Source of the DNA: Thermodesulfobacterium commune DSM 2178
Lineage (GTDB): Bacteria; Desulfobacterota; Thermodesulfobacteria; Thermodesulfobacteriales; Thermodesulfobacteriaceae
Assembly: GCF_000734015.1 (NCBI RefSeq)
Contig: NZ_CP008796.1
Span: 1,320,001-1,352,000 of the forward strand
Length of the DNA stretch: 32,000 nucleotides
Direction of reading: 5' to 3'
Within the stretch, counting starts at the first letter, position 1. Every line of letters starts with the position of its first letter. Below the pieces are notes generated by a model, which was given only the letters and a program-made list of their open reading frames with translations, had not been told where the DNA came from and did not search any database. A program made the translations under genes and the position numbers. Positions 14,245-22,455 of this stretch are shown here, one piece after another.

Positions 14245-15600
14245 ATGGCAGACTTTAGAGGCACGATACTAACCACAAAAGGAAGAAACCTTTTAGCCAA
14301 AGCCCAAACCGGAGCCCAACTAAGATTTACTCAAATAAAACTTGGTGATGGACTTTGGCCTTCAAACACAGACCCAACGCAACTAAACGACCTCGTTTCT
14401 CCCAAGCTAAATCTTCCTATACAAAGCATTACCGTTGTAGGGGACGGAACAGTCAGGCTAAGGTTCGTTCTAACCAATAGAGGACTTTCTCAGGGCTTCT
14501 TCATGCGAGAAATCGGTATTTACGCTCAAGACCCCGATCTTGGCGAAATCCTTTATGCGGTAGCCTATGCAGGAGATAGGGCAGACTTTATTCCTGCTGA
14601 CGGCGTCACCAAAGTTGAAAATGTAGTCGACATCTATACCGTCATTGCCAACGCCCAAAATGTCACCGCTGTAATCTCCGATACGGTTGTCCTTGCGACA
14701 AAACGAGATATAGACGAGCTTGCGGAGACGCTAAGCAACCTAAGCTCTCAGGTTAACTCACAAATAACCTCTCAGATAGACAACCTTTCTCAGCAACTAA
14801 ACGACACTGCATCAACACTAAGCACCCAGATTTCTACAGTCAAACCCGAAGCTGGATCCACAGCCCCAAGCTTGACCTACACAGGGAAGCTCTGGGTCGA
14901 TGCAAACGATTTCCTGCAATACTTCGACGGCTCAAACTGGAAAAATGTAAAAGCGTCCTTCGCCGACACCGTCGACGGCTTCCACGCAAGCCAAACCCCC
15001 GCTCCGAATGTGATAGTGCCTCTGAATGTAGAGGGGATTTTGGATTTGAGTGCGACTTATGTGAAGAGTAATGTGTATACATTTAGAAGAGTTGATTTGA
15101 CGAATGCGACGAGTGATTATATGTTGCAAGTTGGGGAAGAAGCAATAATAAATTTTACGGACGCTACAAGTGTTCCGTTGAGGATTGCGACGCAGAGTAG
15201 GACTTATTATGAGGTGCATTTGGTTAGTAGTAATACGGGTGGGACTTCGGGTGCAGTGGATAGTAATATATTTTTAAATCCCAACAATACAACTTATAGT
15301 AATGCTTTTGTATATGCTCAGATATACAGACAATCAGATGCATTATATTCAGACTATATGACTTATAACGCTTTTCGGTGTGGTATAGCTTTTTCAACCT
15401 CCATTTTTTATATAACAAACTATACACAATATAAGAATGTTAAAGGATTTTATGATACATGGGGGTATTCTTACTATTATCCGAGAATAACCGTTTTCTC
15501 AACTGACTGGCGAGATACAACAACGCCGTGGACTTCTCTCGGAACAATTACGTTTCCTCAATCATCTTCAGGCTACATCTTAGTTAGGAGGTTAGCATAA
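14245..15600 (+). CDS. Tail fibre protein (P2 gpH-type N-terminal collar domain)
   Basis: 451 aa with an AGGAGG SD. The N-terminus MADFRGTILTTKGRNLLAKAQTGAQLRFTQIKLGDG is the typical tail-collar fibre N-terminus. It also has a Ser/Gln-rich coiled segment and a divergent C-terminal domain. Confidence 0.75.
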   Translation: MADFRGTILTTKGRNLLAKAQTGAQLRFTQIKLGDGLWPSNTDPTQLNDLVSPKLNLPIQSITVVGDGTVRLRFVLTNRGLSQGFFMREIGIYAQDPDLGEILYAVAYAGDRADFIPADGVTKVENVVDIYTVIANAQNVTAVISDTVVLATKRDIDELAETLSNLSSQVNSQITSQIDNLSQQLNDTASTLSTQISTVKPEAGSTAPSLTYTGKLWVDANDFLQYFDGSNWKNVKASFADTVDGFHASQTPAPNVIVPLNVEGILDLSATYVKSNVYTFRRVDLTNATSDYMLQVGEEAIINFTDATSVPLRIATQSRTYYEVHLVSSNTGGTSGAVDSNIFLNPNNTTYSNAFVYAQIYRQSDALYSDYMTYNAFRCGIAFSTSIFYITNYTQYKNVKGFYDTWGYSYYYPRITVFSTDWRDTTTPWTSLGTITFPQSSSGYILVRRLA

Positions 15601-16046
15601 TGAAAGTATGGGCTTATATTCATCCAGATTTGAAGATACTTTGCTGTGCCTTACTACCTGAAGCAGTGCCAGAATGTGTTGAAGCCGTAGAACTTGAAGT
15701 AGAAAGTCCTGATGATGTAGTGCTTGTTAATGGGCAAATTAGACTGAAAACAGAAGCAGAAAAGTTGCAAGAAGAGAAGCAGAGGAAACTTACAGAGTTA
15801 AAAAACTATGTAGCAAGCATGCTTGAACAGACAGATTACATTATAACGAAGATAGCAGAAGCTCAGATACAAAACGACACCGCAGAAGTAGAAGCCCTCA
15901 AGCAAAAATACTCAATCCAACTCCAGCAGCGAGAAGCAATCCGAGCTTGGAATGAGCAGATGAAGCAAGCCATCAAGAACGCCCAATCTCTTGACGAACT
16001 CCTCAGCCTTGAAATCAACTTCAAGGAGCCCACGAATGTTTCTTAA
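15600..16046 (+). CDS. Tail fibre assembly protein / chaperone
   Basis: 148 aa. Its ATG overlaps the fibre stop, with an AGGAGG SD. Position and coiled-coil C-terminal half are typical of Tfa-like proteins. Confidence 0.55.
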   Translation: MKVWAYIHPDLKILCCALLPEAVPECVEAVELEVESPDDVVLVNGQIRLKTEAEKLQEEKQRKLTELKNYVASMLEQTDYIITKIAEAQIQNDTAEVEALKQKYSIQLQQREAIRAWNEQMKQAIKNAQSLDELLSLEINFKEPTNVS

Positions 16047-16105
16047 ACTACTTAGCATCCTTTTTGCCCTCTCCCTCTCTCCTTCATAACAAAATGAGAT
16101 GAACC

Positions 16106-16579
16106 ATGATTAACAAAGTTATCCTCATTGGGAGGCTTGGAGCAGACCCCGAGCTCCGCTTCACTCTTGACGGAAAGCCTGTAGCCACAATGCGCATTGC
16201 CACGAACGAGGTTATAAACCGTGAAGGAACCAAAGAAACTCTCACGGAATGGCATAGGGTGGTTGCCTTTGGAAGGCTTGCCGAAATCTGCGGAGAATAT
16301 TTAGAAACAGGTTCACAAATCTATGTGGAAGGCTCACTCCGCTACCGAAAGGTCCTCGATAGATCCGGCTTTACTCGTGTCATCCCTGAAATCTTTGCCG
16401 AAACAATCAAATTTTTATCCAAACCAGCTCCTAAAGATCATACTTTCTCTTACCAAGAAAGCCCTATTTCAACCCAATCTACCTCTTCAGACCTACCTCT
16501 TAGCTATTCCAGCGATGATTTTGCCACTCAAGACCCACGCTTACTCTTTAAAGATGACCTCGACGACCTACCTTTCTAG
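16106..16579 (+). CDS. ssb: Single-stranded DNA-binding protein
   Basis: 157 aa. OB-fold N-terminus VILIGRLGADPELRF...WHRVVAFGRLAE, a low-complexity linker and an acidic tip DDLDDLPF. Confidence 0.9.
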   Translation: MINKVILIGRLGADPELRFTLDGKPVATMRIATNEVINREGTKETLTEWHRVVAFGRLAEICGEYLETGSQIYVEGSLRYRKVLDRSGFTRVIPEIFAETIKFLSKPAPKDHTFSYQESPISTQSTSSDLPLSYSSDDFATQDPRLLFKDDLDDLPF

Positions 16580-16967
16580 CAATTTCCATGCCCAAACCCT
16601 TCAAAATTGCCCCAAAAAACATGTCAATTTTTTAGAATTTTTTGACATCTACAAACTTAGAATTCATAAGCCCTCCCAGACATCCCCCTTCCCAATTGAT
16701 ATTCCTTTTGACATATCTCTTTTTGTAACAAAGTTTCTCTCTATCTACAAGCCCTACGCCAAATCTAATATTCTTACTTTTTATGCTATGTCCCACTCTT
16801 TCCCATCTTATCCTTCTTTGCCCTCACATTTTGCAAAACTATGTAATAAGCCCTTTCTCTCCACAACCTTGTTATACAATTACCCTGTCCCGCCCTTTCC
16901 CACCTCATCCCTCTGCCTAATTTTTTAGCACATTATCCCACGCCAAAGCACACCAAAACACGGAAAT
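16580..16967 (+). other. G-depleted, C-rich noncoding tract
   Basis: By hand count, nt 16621-16980 contain 27 G and 111 C. No credible ORF on either strand. It contains the palindrome ATGTCAA-N14-TTGACAT (16621-16648) and three copies of AAGCCCT. Confidence 0.6.
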
Positions 16968-17039
16968 CCTCAACTTTTTTCCTGGAATTTCCTCAACCAA
17001 ATTCCTGGAATTTCCTCAACTTTTTTCCTGGAATGAACA
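16968..17039 (+). repeat. Three abutting 23-bp direct repeats at the prophage terminus (candidate transposase end-binding sites / attR)
   Basis: U1 = 16968-16990, CCTCAACTTTTTTCCTGGAATTT. U2 = 16991-17013, CCTCAACCAAATTCCTGGAATTT. U3 = 17014-17036, CCTCAACTTTTTTCCTGGAATGA. ACA follows, so the bottom strand reads 5'-TGTTCATTCCAGG. Confidence 0.7.
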
Positions 17040-18204
17040 TAGAGATAGTATAACTGATATTTTGACCCTGTAGATTTAAAGGAGTTGAGGTAACTTTTCT
17101 CCTAAAATACTCTATAAATTCTATAAATGCTCTTTTGTCTGAATAAAGGATCAAGACTACGAATTCTTCCCCGCCAAACCTGGCTACTATGTCTTCTTCT
17201 CTTTTAAAGGTTTCTTTTAGTTTTTCAGCCAAATCTTTTAATACTAAATCTCCTACTTCATGACCGTAAGTATCGTTGATTTGTTTAAAATTATCTATAT
17301 CTATCACCAAACAAGCCAGGTTCAAATTTCTTCTTTTGGCTATACTTAGAAATTTAGGGGCTTCTTCCATAAAATATCGTCTGTTATAAAGCCCTGTAAG
17401 TGGGTCATGATAGGCTAAAAACTCAAGTTCTTGTATTAACTCTATGAGGTCCAAGGTGTTGTGCACTCTTACCATAAATTCTTCTTGACTAAAAGGTTTT
17501 CTCAAAAAATCATTGGCCCCTGCCTTTAGTAAAACAGGTATCATTTTGGTTTTTACTATGCCTGAAACGACTATAATCCCTAACGCACTTTTAGAATAAC
17601 CCCTCCTAATCTCGTAAAGAAACTCCAAGGTATCTTCTTCTGGAAAATAATAATCAAGTATCAGTAGTTTAATTTGAGGGTCTTCCTTAAGTATTTTTTG
17701 AGCTTCCCTAAGGCTTGAGGCTTCTACAACCTGAAAAAGCATATTTTTTAAAATGTTTGCAATAATCTTTCTATCAACAGGCATATCTTCTACCACTAAA
17801 ACTTTAGTCTGAGAATTTTTAAGGGTCCTTTTTATACTAAGAATTAGATTCTCGACAATATTTGGGGTTCCTTTTACTAAATAGTCTACTACCCCTTTAT
17901 CCAAAATAGATTCTCTTAAGTTTTCGTCATATGAAGCGGTTAAAACTATCGTAGGGACGTTATGAGACAGCAAAAAATCGATAGCCTCACCTTTTTCTGC
18001 ATCTGGAAGATGATAATCACACACCGCAAGCCCGATGTTTTGCCTTTCCTTTTTCAAGCATTTTTGGGTCTCTGATAGGTTTTCTGCAGTAATTACCGGT
18101 AAAGAAAGCCTTTGAGAAATAAGCTTGGAGACAGCCTTTAATATAATCCTATCATCATCTACTAAAAGGATCTTGTTCTTTTGACAAGGCAACGTATCTT
18201 GCAT
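16993..18204 (-). CDS. PleD-like response regulator diguanylate cyclase (REC-REC-GGDEF); 3' end truncated and fused to prophage terminal repeats
   Basis: 403 aa with two receiver domains and a GGDEF domain containing GGEEF. The domain stops at ..NISYTISM, and the last 14 residues FIPGKKLRKFQEFG are read from the 23-bp repeats. Confidence 0.8.
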   Translation of the reverse strand: MQDTLPCQKNKILLVDDDRIILKAVSKLISQRLSLPVITAENLSETQKCLKKERQNIGLAVCDYHLPDAEKGEAIDFLLSHNVPTIVLTASYDENLRESILDKGVVDYLVKGTPNIVENLILSIKRTLKNSQTKVLVVEDMPVDRKIIANILKNMLFQVVEASSLREAQKILKEDPQIKLLILDYYFPEEDTLEFLYEIRRGYSKSALGIIVVSGIVKTKMIPVLLKAGANDFLRKPFSQEEFMVRVHNTLDLIELIQELEFLAYHDPLTGLYNRRYFMEEAPKFLSIAKRRNLNLACLVIDIDNFKQINDTYGHEVGDLVLKDLAEKLKETFKREEDIVARFGGEEFVVLILYSDKRAFIEFIEYFRRKVTSTPLNLQGQNISYTISMFIPGKKLRKFQEFG

Positions 18205-18234
18205 CGTATAAGTACTTAATTTTTATTTTTATTA

Positions 18235-20586
18235 TTAATATTTAACAATTTTAAACAACGAAAGTGGGTTGTCAAGTTCGAAAGTTTGTTTTAAAAATTT
18301 TAACAAAGAAAAGTTAGGGATATAAACTCTAACCCAAACTTCTTGTTTTTTTATTTCCATCTCTGTGCCTTCTGGAAAGTTAAGAGTAGCAAACCTATTT
18401 AACCAGAGTTCTTTTTCTGTTAAAGGTTCGATTTTGTAGACTTTTTTCTCTCTTTTTAAACTTGGTTTTTCTTGTCTTTCTACTACTTTAACGATACGGA
18501 GACCTGGGTAAAACTCTAATCCTTGCAATTTTGTAGAAAGGCCTGACTCATACATAGCCAACCCTATGGTTTCCCTCTCTGAAAAAACACCGATAGGGAG
18601 GGCATCATCCACGACTATTTTGGGATGAGGGTGAAACCCTGAAGTATAAACCAAGGGGAATCCAAGTTTGTTTAAGACTAACACAAAGAGTCTTATCACC
18701 TCAAGCTGGGAAAGAAAAACCGCTTTATCTTTTTTGGTATAATAAATCTCATACCAATATTCTTTAACCCCTTTAAAAGGAAATAAAGGTTTATTCTGTA
18801 TATCTAACTTTACTTCTTCGAGCTCTTTTTTGCTCAATAAGTTTTTAATCTCTTCATTGCAAACCCCGCATTTACTGCATCGATCAAACCTACAATCTTT
18901 AGTAATTTCACCTTGGTAAGCCTTAGCTCTTTCTTTTATTAAAAACTCCTTAGAAACTCTCAGGTCTATATGTTCCCAAGGAAGATTTTCTTCTAAAGAC
19001 CTTTCTCTTAGGTAGGTGTTTAGGTCAACCCCAACCTCTTTAGCAGCCTCAATCCAAAGACTTAAGTTAAAAAAGTCTTTCCAGCTATCAAACCTTGCCC
19101 CTTTCTGATAGGCTCTTTCTATCACCAAACCTATGGTTCTATCTCCTCTGGCAATCACTCCCTCGAGAAAACTTTGCTCAGGGTGATGGTACCGAAGGTT
19201 CTTCCCTAACCTTCTTTTTAAAAATTTAATTTTCTCATAGGTTTCTTCTAAGGAAATCTGTCTTTCCCATTGAAATGGAGTATGGGGTTTAGGAATAAAC
19301 GTTGAAACTGAGACAGTTATACTAACTTGGGGGACTTCTTTTCTAAGGGTTCGAAAAAGCTGATAGATGCCTTCTAAATCTTCTTCTTTTTCTGTAGGAA
19401 GGCCGATCATAAAATAAAGTTTTACCTTGGTCCACCCATGTTTTTTGGCAAGTCTTATGTCTTCTATAAGCTGAGCAATATCTATATCTTTATTTATAAC
19501 CTTTCTCAGCCTTTCTGTTCCTGCTTCTGGGGCAAAAGTAAGGCCGGTTTTTCTTCCAAGTTTTATAAACTCTAACAGTTCGTCATCGATACTACCTACC
19601 CTTAAAGAAGGAAGAGAAAATGAATACTTTCTACAAGGTGTGTTTAGATAAAACTCTTCTTTTAGTTTTTTTACCAACGTTTTAAGTGCAGTATAATCTC
19701 CAGCAGAAAGGCTCATTAAAGAGGCTTCTGTAATCCCGGTAGTTAGAAAATTTTTCTTTATCTGGTTTATCACATAAAACGGGTCTTTTTCTCTTACAGG
19801 GCGATAGTAAAAACTTGCCTCGCAAAAACGACATCCCCTGGTACAACCTCTTGAAATTTCCATCGGGATTCGGTCGTGAGAAAGCTCGATTACAGGGATA
19901 CCAAACTCCCAACTTAAGGTTTCTAAGTTTAAATCCTTTAAAATCCTTCTTTTCACCTGGTTTCTTATCAGAGGAACATAAACTCCCTCTATTTTGGTTA
20001 ATTCTTCCCAGAGGGTGGTACGAGGTTTTCCACTATTTTTCCAGTTTTTATAAACCTCAAACACCTCAAAAATAGCCTCTTCTGCGTCTCCTATGATAAA
20101 AGCATCAAAAAACTCTGCTACAGGCTCTGGATTCCCACAACTTGGACCTCCCCCTAAAACTAGGGGAGCATCTCTTTCTCTGTGGTGAGCCCTTAAAGGA
20201 ATTCCAGCAAGGTCTAATATCTGTAAGATTCCGGTAGCTGAAAGCTCATAAGCATAGCTTATTCCTATGACGTCAAAATCTCTGAGAGGCTTTCGGTAGT
20301 TCCAACTTAATAAAGGATAGCCTTTAGTCTTTAAGGCATTTTCTAAGTCAGGGGCTACAGCAAAACCTAAATCTGCTAAATATTGTTCTTTCTGGTTGAC
20401 CAGATAAGCTAAAATGTTAATTCCTAAATGGGAACGACCTATTTCATAGAGGTCTGGATAGCAAAAGCAAATCTTTAGGTCTGTCTTTTCCCAGGCTTTT
20501 TTCTTGAAAAAAGGTTCTTCTCCTAAGTACCGAGAAGGCTTTTTAATGTTTATAAGTATTTGATAAGGATAGTCAGCCATTTTCAC
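18235..20586 (-). CDS. Uncharacterised fused radical SAM protein (B12-binding-like N-terminus + radical SAM core + DUF2344-type C-terminal domain)
   Basis: 783 aa. CxxxCxxC cluster motif SRGCTRGCRFCEA. The architecture resembles the TIGR03960/TIGR03936 pair fused into one protein (from memory). Confidence 0.7.
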   Translation of the reverse strand: MKMADYPYQILINIKKPSRYLGEEPFFKKKAWEKTDLKICFCYPDLYEIGRSHLGINILAYLVNQKEQYLADLGFAVAPDLENALKTKGYPLLSWNYRKPLRDFDVIGISYAYELSATGILQILDLAGIPLRAHHRERDAPLVLGGGPSCGNPEPVAEFFDAFIIGDAEEAIFEVFEVYKNWKNSGKPRTTLWEELTKIEGVYVPLIRNQVKRRILKDLNLETLSWEFGIPVIELSHDRIPMEISRGCTRGCRFCEASFYYRPVREKDPFYVINQIKKNFLTTGITEASLMSLSAGDYTALKTLVKKLKEEFYLNTPCRKYSFSLPSLRVGSIDDELLEFIKLGRKTGLTFAPEAGTERLRKVINKDIDIAQLIEDIRLAKKHGWTKVKLYFMIGLPTEKEEDLEGIYQLFRTLRKEVPQVSITVSVSTFIPKPHTPFQWERQISLEETYEKIKFLKRRLGKNLRYHHPEQSFLEGVIARGDRTIGLVIERAYQKGARFDSWKDFFNLSLWIEAAKEVGVDLNTYLRERSLEENLPWEHIDLRVSKEFLIKERAKAYQGEITKDCRFDRCSKCGVCNEEIKNLLSKKELEEVKLDIQNKPLFPFKGVKEYWYEIYYTKKDKAVFLSQLEVIRLFVLVLNKLGFPLVYTSGFHPHPKIVVDDALPIGVFSERETIGLAMYESGLSTKLQGLEFYPGLRIVKVVERQEKPSLKREKKVYKIEPLTEKELWLNRFATLNFPEGTEMEIKKQEVWVRVYIPNFSLLKFLKQTFELDNPLSLFKIVKY

Positions 20587-20685
20587 TTTTCCTATTTAAG
20601 GTTATTTTTAAAACTTACCACAAACTTTTAAAATTAAAAAAAAGTTTTAAAATTTATACAAACTAAATTTTAAGAGGTTAAAAAG

Positions 20686-21717
20686 ATGTTAGCAAAAATT
20701 TTTAGCTGGTTTTCGAAAGATATGGCTATAGATTTAGGAACTGCGAATACCCTTATCTACCTAAAAGGTAGAGGGATCATTCTTAGTGAACCCTCTGTAG
20801 TAGCGGTTAAAGAGGATGGAAGGTTTAAAAAGGTGATAGCTGTAGGAGAAGAAGCAAAAAAGATGGTAGGGAAAACACCAGGAAGTATTAAGGCTATAAG
20901 ACCATTGAGGGAAGGGGTTATTGCTGATTTTGAGGTAACAGAAGCAATGATCAGATACTTTATTCAGAAAGTGCACAATAGGGGATATTTTGTAAAACCA
21001 AGGATTATCATAAGTGTACCTTCTGGGACTACCCAGGTTGAAAGAAGGGCGGTAAAAGAAAGCGCAGAAACCGCCGGGGCAAGAGAGGTGTATCTGATAG
21101 AAGAGCCCATGGCAGCAGCCATAGGGGCAGGACTTCCGGTGACTGAACCTGTGGCCAACATGATAGTAGACATCGGAGGAGGAACAACCGAGGTAGCCGT
21201 TATCTCCCTTGGAGGAATAGTGGTCAGCCATTCCCTTAAAGTTGCAGGGGATAAAATAGATGAGGCCATTGCAAGTTATATCAAAAAGAGATACAACCTT
21301 TTGATAGGAGAAGCTACAGCAGAGCAGATCAAAATCAACGTAGGAGATGTTTTACCTGAAGAACCTTATGCTACGATGGAAATAAAGGGAAGGGATCTGG
21401 TTACAGGAATACCTAAAACCATTATTATTACCTCTAAGGAAATACAAGAAGCTATCAAAGAACCTGTAGACATGATAATCCAAGTGATAAAACAGGTGCT
21501 AGAGGAGACTCCTCCTGAATTAGCGGCTGACATGGTAGACAGAGGGATTGTTTTAAGTGGAGGGGGTGCATTGCTTAAAAACTTAGACAAACTTATTCAA
21601 AAAGAAACCGGGCTTAATGTCACCATAGCAGAAAATCCTCTTCATTGTGTAGCCTTAGGGGCAGGTAAAGCCCTTGATGAGATAGACAGGCTAAAAGAGG
21701 TGATGGTTCAGGCTTAA
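20686..21717 (+). CDS. mreB: Rod shape-determining protein MreB
   Basis: 343 aa. Motifs [13 protein letters not shown] and [13 protein letters not shown]; actin-like ATPase throughout. Confidence 0.95.
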   Translation: MLAKIFSWFSKDMAIDLGTANTLIYLKGRGIILSEPSVVAVKEDGRFKKVIAVGEEAKKMVGKTPGSIKAIRPLREGVIADFEVTEAMIRYFIQKVHNRGYFVKPRIIISVPSGTTQVERRAVKESAETAGAREVYLIEEPMAAAIGAGLPVTEPVANMIVDIGGGTTEVAVISLGGIVVSHSLKVAGDKIDEAIASYIKKRYNLLIGEATAEQIKINVGDVLPEEPYATMEIKGRDLVTGIPKTIIITSKEIQEAIKEPVDMIIQVIKQVLEETPPELAADMVDRGIVLSGGGALLKNLDKLIQKETGLNVTIAENPLHCVALGAGKALDEIDRLKEVMVQA

Positions 21718-21956
21718 GAAAGGTTCTTGGTCTTAGCTAAAAACTTTTCTGCACAGGCTTTAGAACAAAAATAGTAGGTTTTGCCTTGAACTTCTATCTT
21801 TAAGGCTTCTTCTTTTTTTACGTAGGTTTGGCAGGTTTCGTCAAAAACCAAGTCTGCTACCTTTTTTTTATCCTTTAAACTTACAGTCTTTTTCCGTTTT
21901 TTAAAATAAAGATAATAGACTAATAAAGCTAACACTAATATCAAAAAGAGTTTCAT
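21714..21956 (-). CDS. Membrane-anchored YHS/TRASH-domain protein
   Basis: 80 aa. N-terminal hydrophobic helix, and a C-terminal CQTYV...[12 protein letters not shown] metal-binding-type motif. Confidence 0.6.
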   Translation of the reverse strand: MKLFLILVLALLVYYLYFKKRKKTVSLKDKKKVADLVFDETCQTYVKKEEALKIEVQGKTYYFCSKACAEKFLAKTKNLS

Positions 21957-22438
21957 TGCAGCACACCTATCTTTTTTACGTTTTTTACAAAAAGATTTCT
22001 TTTTTCTTCAAAAATATCTTTTAAAGATTTTCTTAACACAGGATGAACCCAATCTGGAACAAGTTCAACCACTGGTACCATAACAAAATCTCTTAAGTGT
22101 GCTAAAGGATGAGGAAGGGTTAAAACGTTTGTCTCTAAGTTTAGGTCTTCATAAAAGATAAGGTCTATGTCGATAAAACGATCCTGGTAATCTCTTTTGG
22201 TGACCTTGGGGATCTTCCCCAAAGTGGCCTCGATCTTTTTGATCTCAAAAAGAAGGGCAAAGGGGGATAAAGAGGTTTCTACTAAAGCTATCAGGTTGTA
22301 AAAAGAAAAGGGGGTTGTGAACCCCCATGGTGAGGTTTCGTAAATATTTGAAATAGCCTTTATTTTTATCCCTATCTGTTGTAAACAAAATATCGCTTGT
22401 TTTAGATTTTCTCGTCGGTTACCTAAATTTGACCCCAA
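21953..22438 (-). CDS. folK: 2-amino-4-hydroxy-6-hydroxymethyldihydropteridine pyrophosphokinase (HPPK)
   Basis: Motifs GSNLGN, RFIDIDLIFY and LTLPHP. The TTG start at 22438 cuts the conserved first strand; in-frame AVLSLGSNLG continues upstream, so the start is uncertain. Confidence 0.8.
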   Translation of the reverse strand: MGSNLGNRRENLKQAIFCLQQIGIKIKAISNIYETSPWGFTTPFSFYNLIALVETSLSPFALLFEIKKIEATLGKIPKVTKRDYQDRFIDIDLIFYEDLNLETNVLTLPHPLAHLRDFVMVPVVELVPDWVHPVLRKSLKDIFEEKRNLFVKNVKKIGVLQ

Positions 22439-22455
22439 ACTAAGAACCGCCTTTT

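Noticed and set aside
14245-15600. Diversity-generating retroelement or invertible (Gin/Cin-type) host-range switch at the fibre gene
   Set aside because: The window has no reverse transcriptase, no template-repeat copy of the fibre 3' end, no invertase gene and no inverted fibre-tip segment.
16323-16928. 201-aa + strand ORF overlapping ssb and covering the G-poor tract
   Set aside because: It is out of frame with a clearly genuine ssb. Its P/S/L/F-rich composition is what G-free DNA encodes, and it has no SD or plausible start after ssb. The open frame is only weakly surprising, because TAG and TGA stops are rare without G.
1-17039. Tailocin or phage-like secretion particle rather than a prophage
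   Set aside because: MuF, protease-like, scaffold, major capsid and connector genes are all present, so this is (or was) a complete virion-forming phage. Possible defectiveness is treated separately.
20587-20685. Direct repeats (C/G)TTTTAAAATT at 20627-20637 and 20646-20656 and partial dyads in the mreB / radical SAM divergent region
   Set aside because: The interval is almost pure A/T. Matches of this length are expected by chance, and I see nothing beyond ordinary promoter-like AT-rich DNA.
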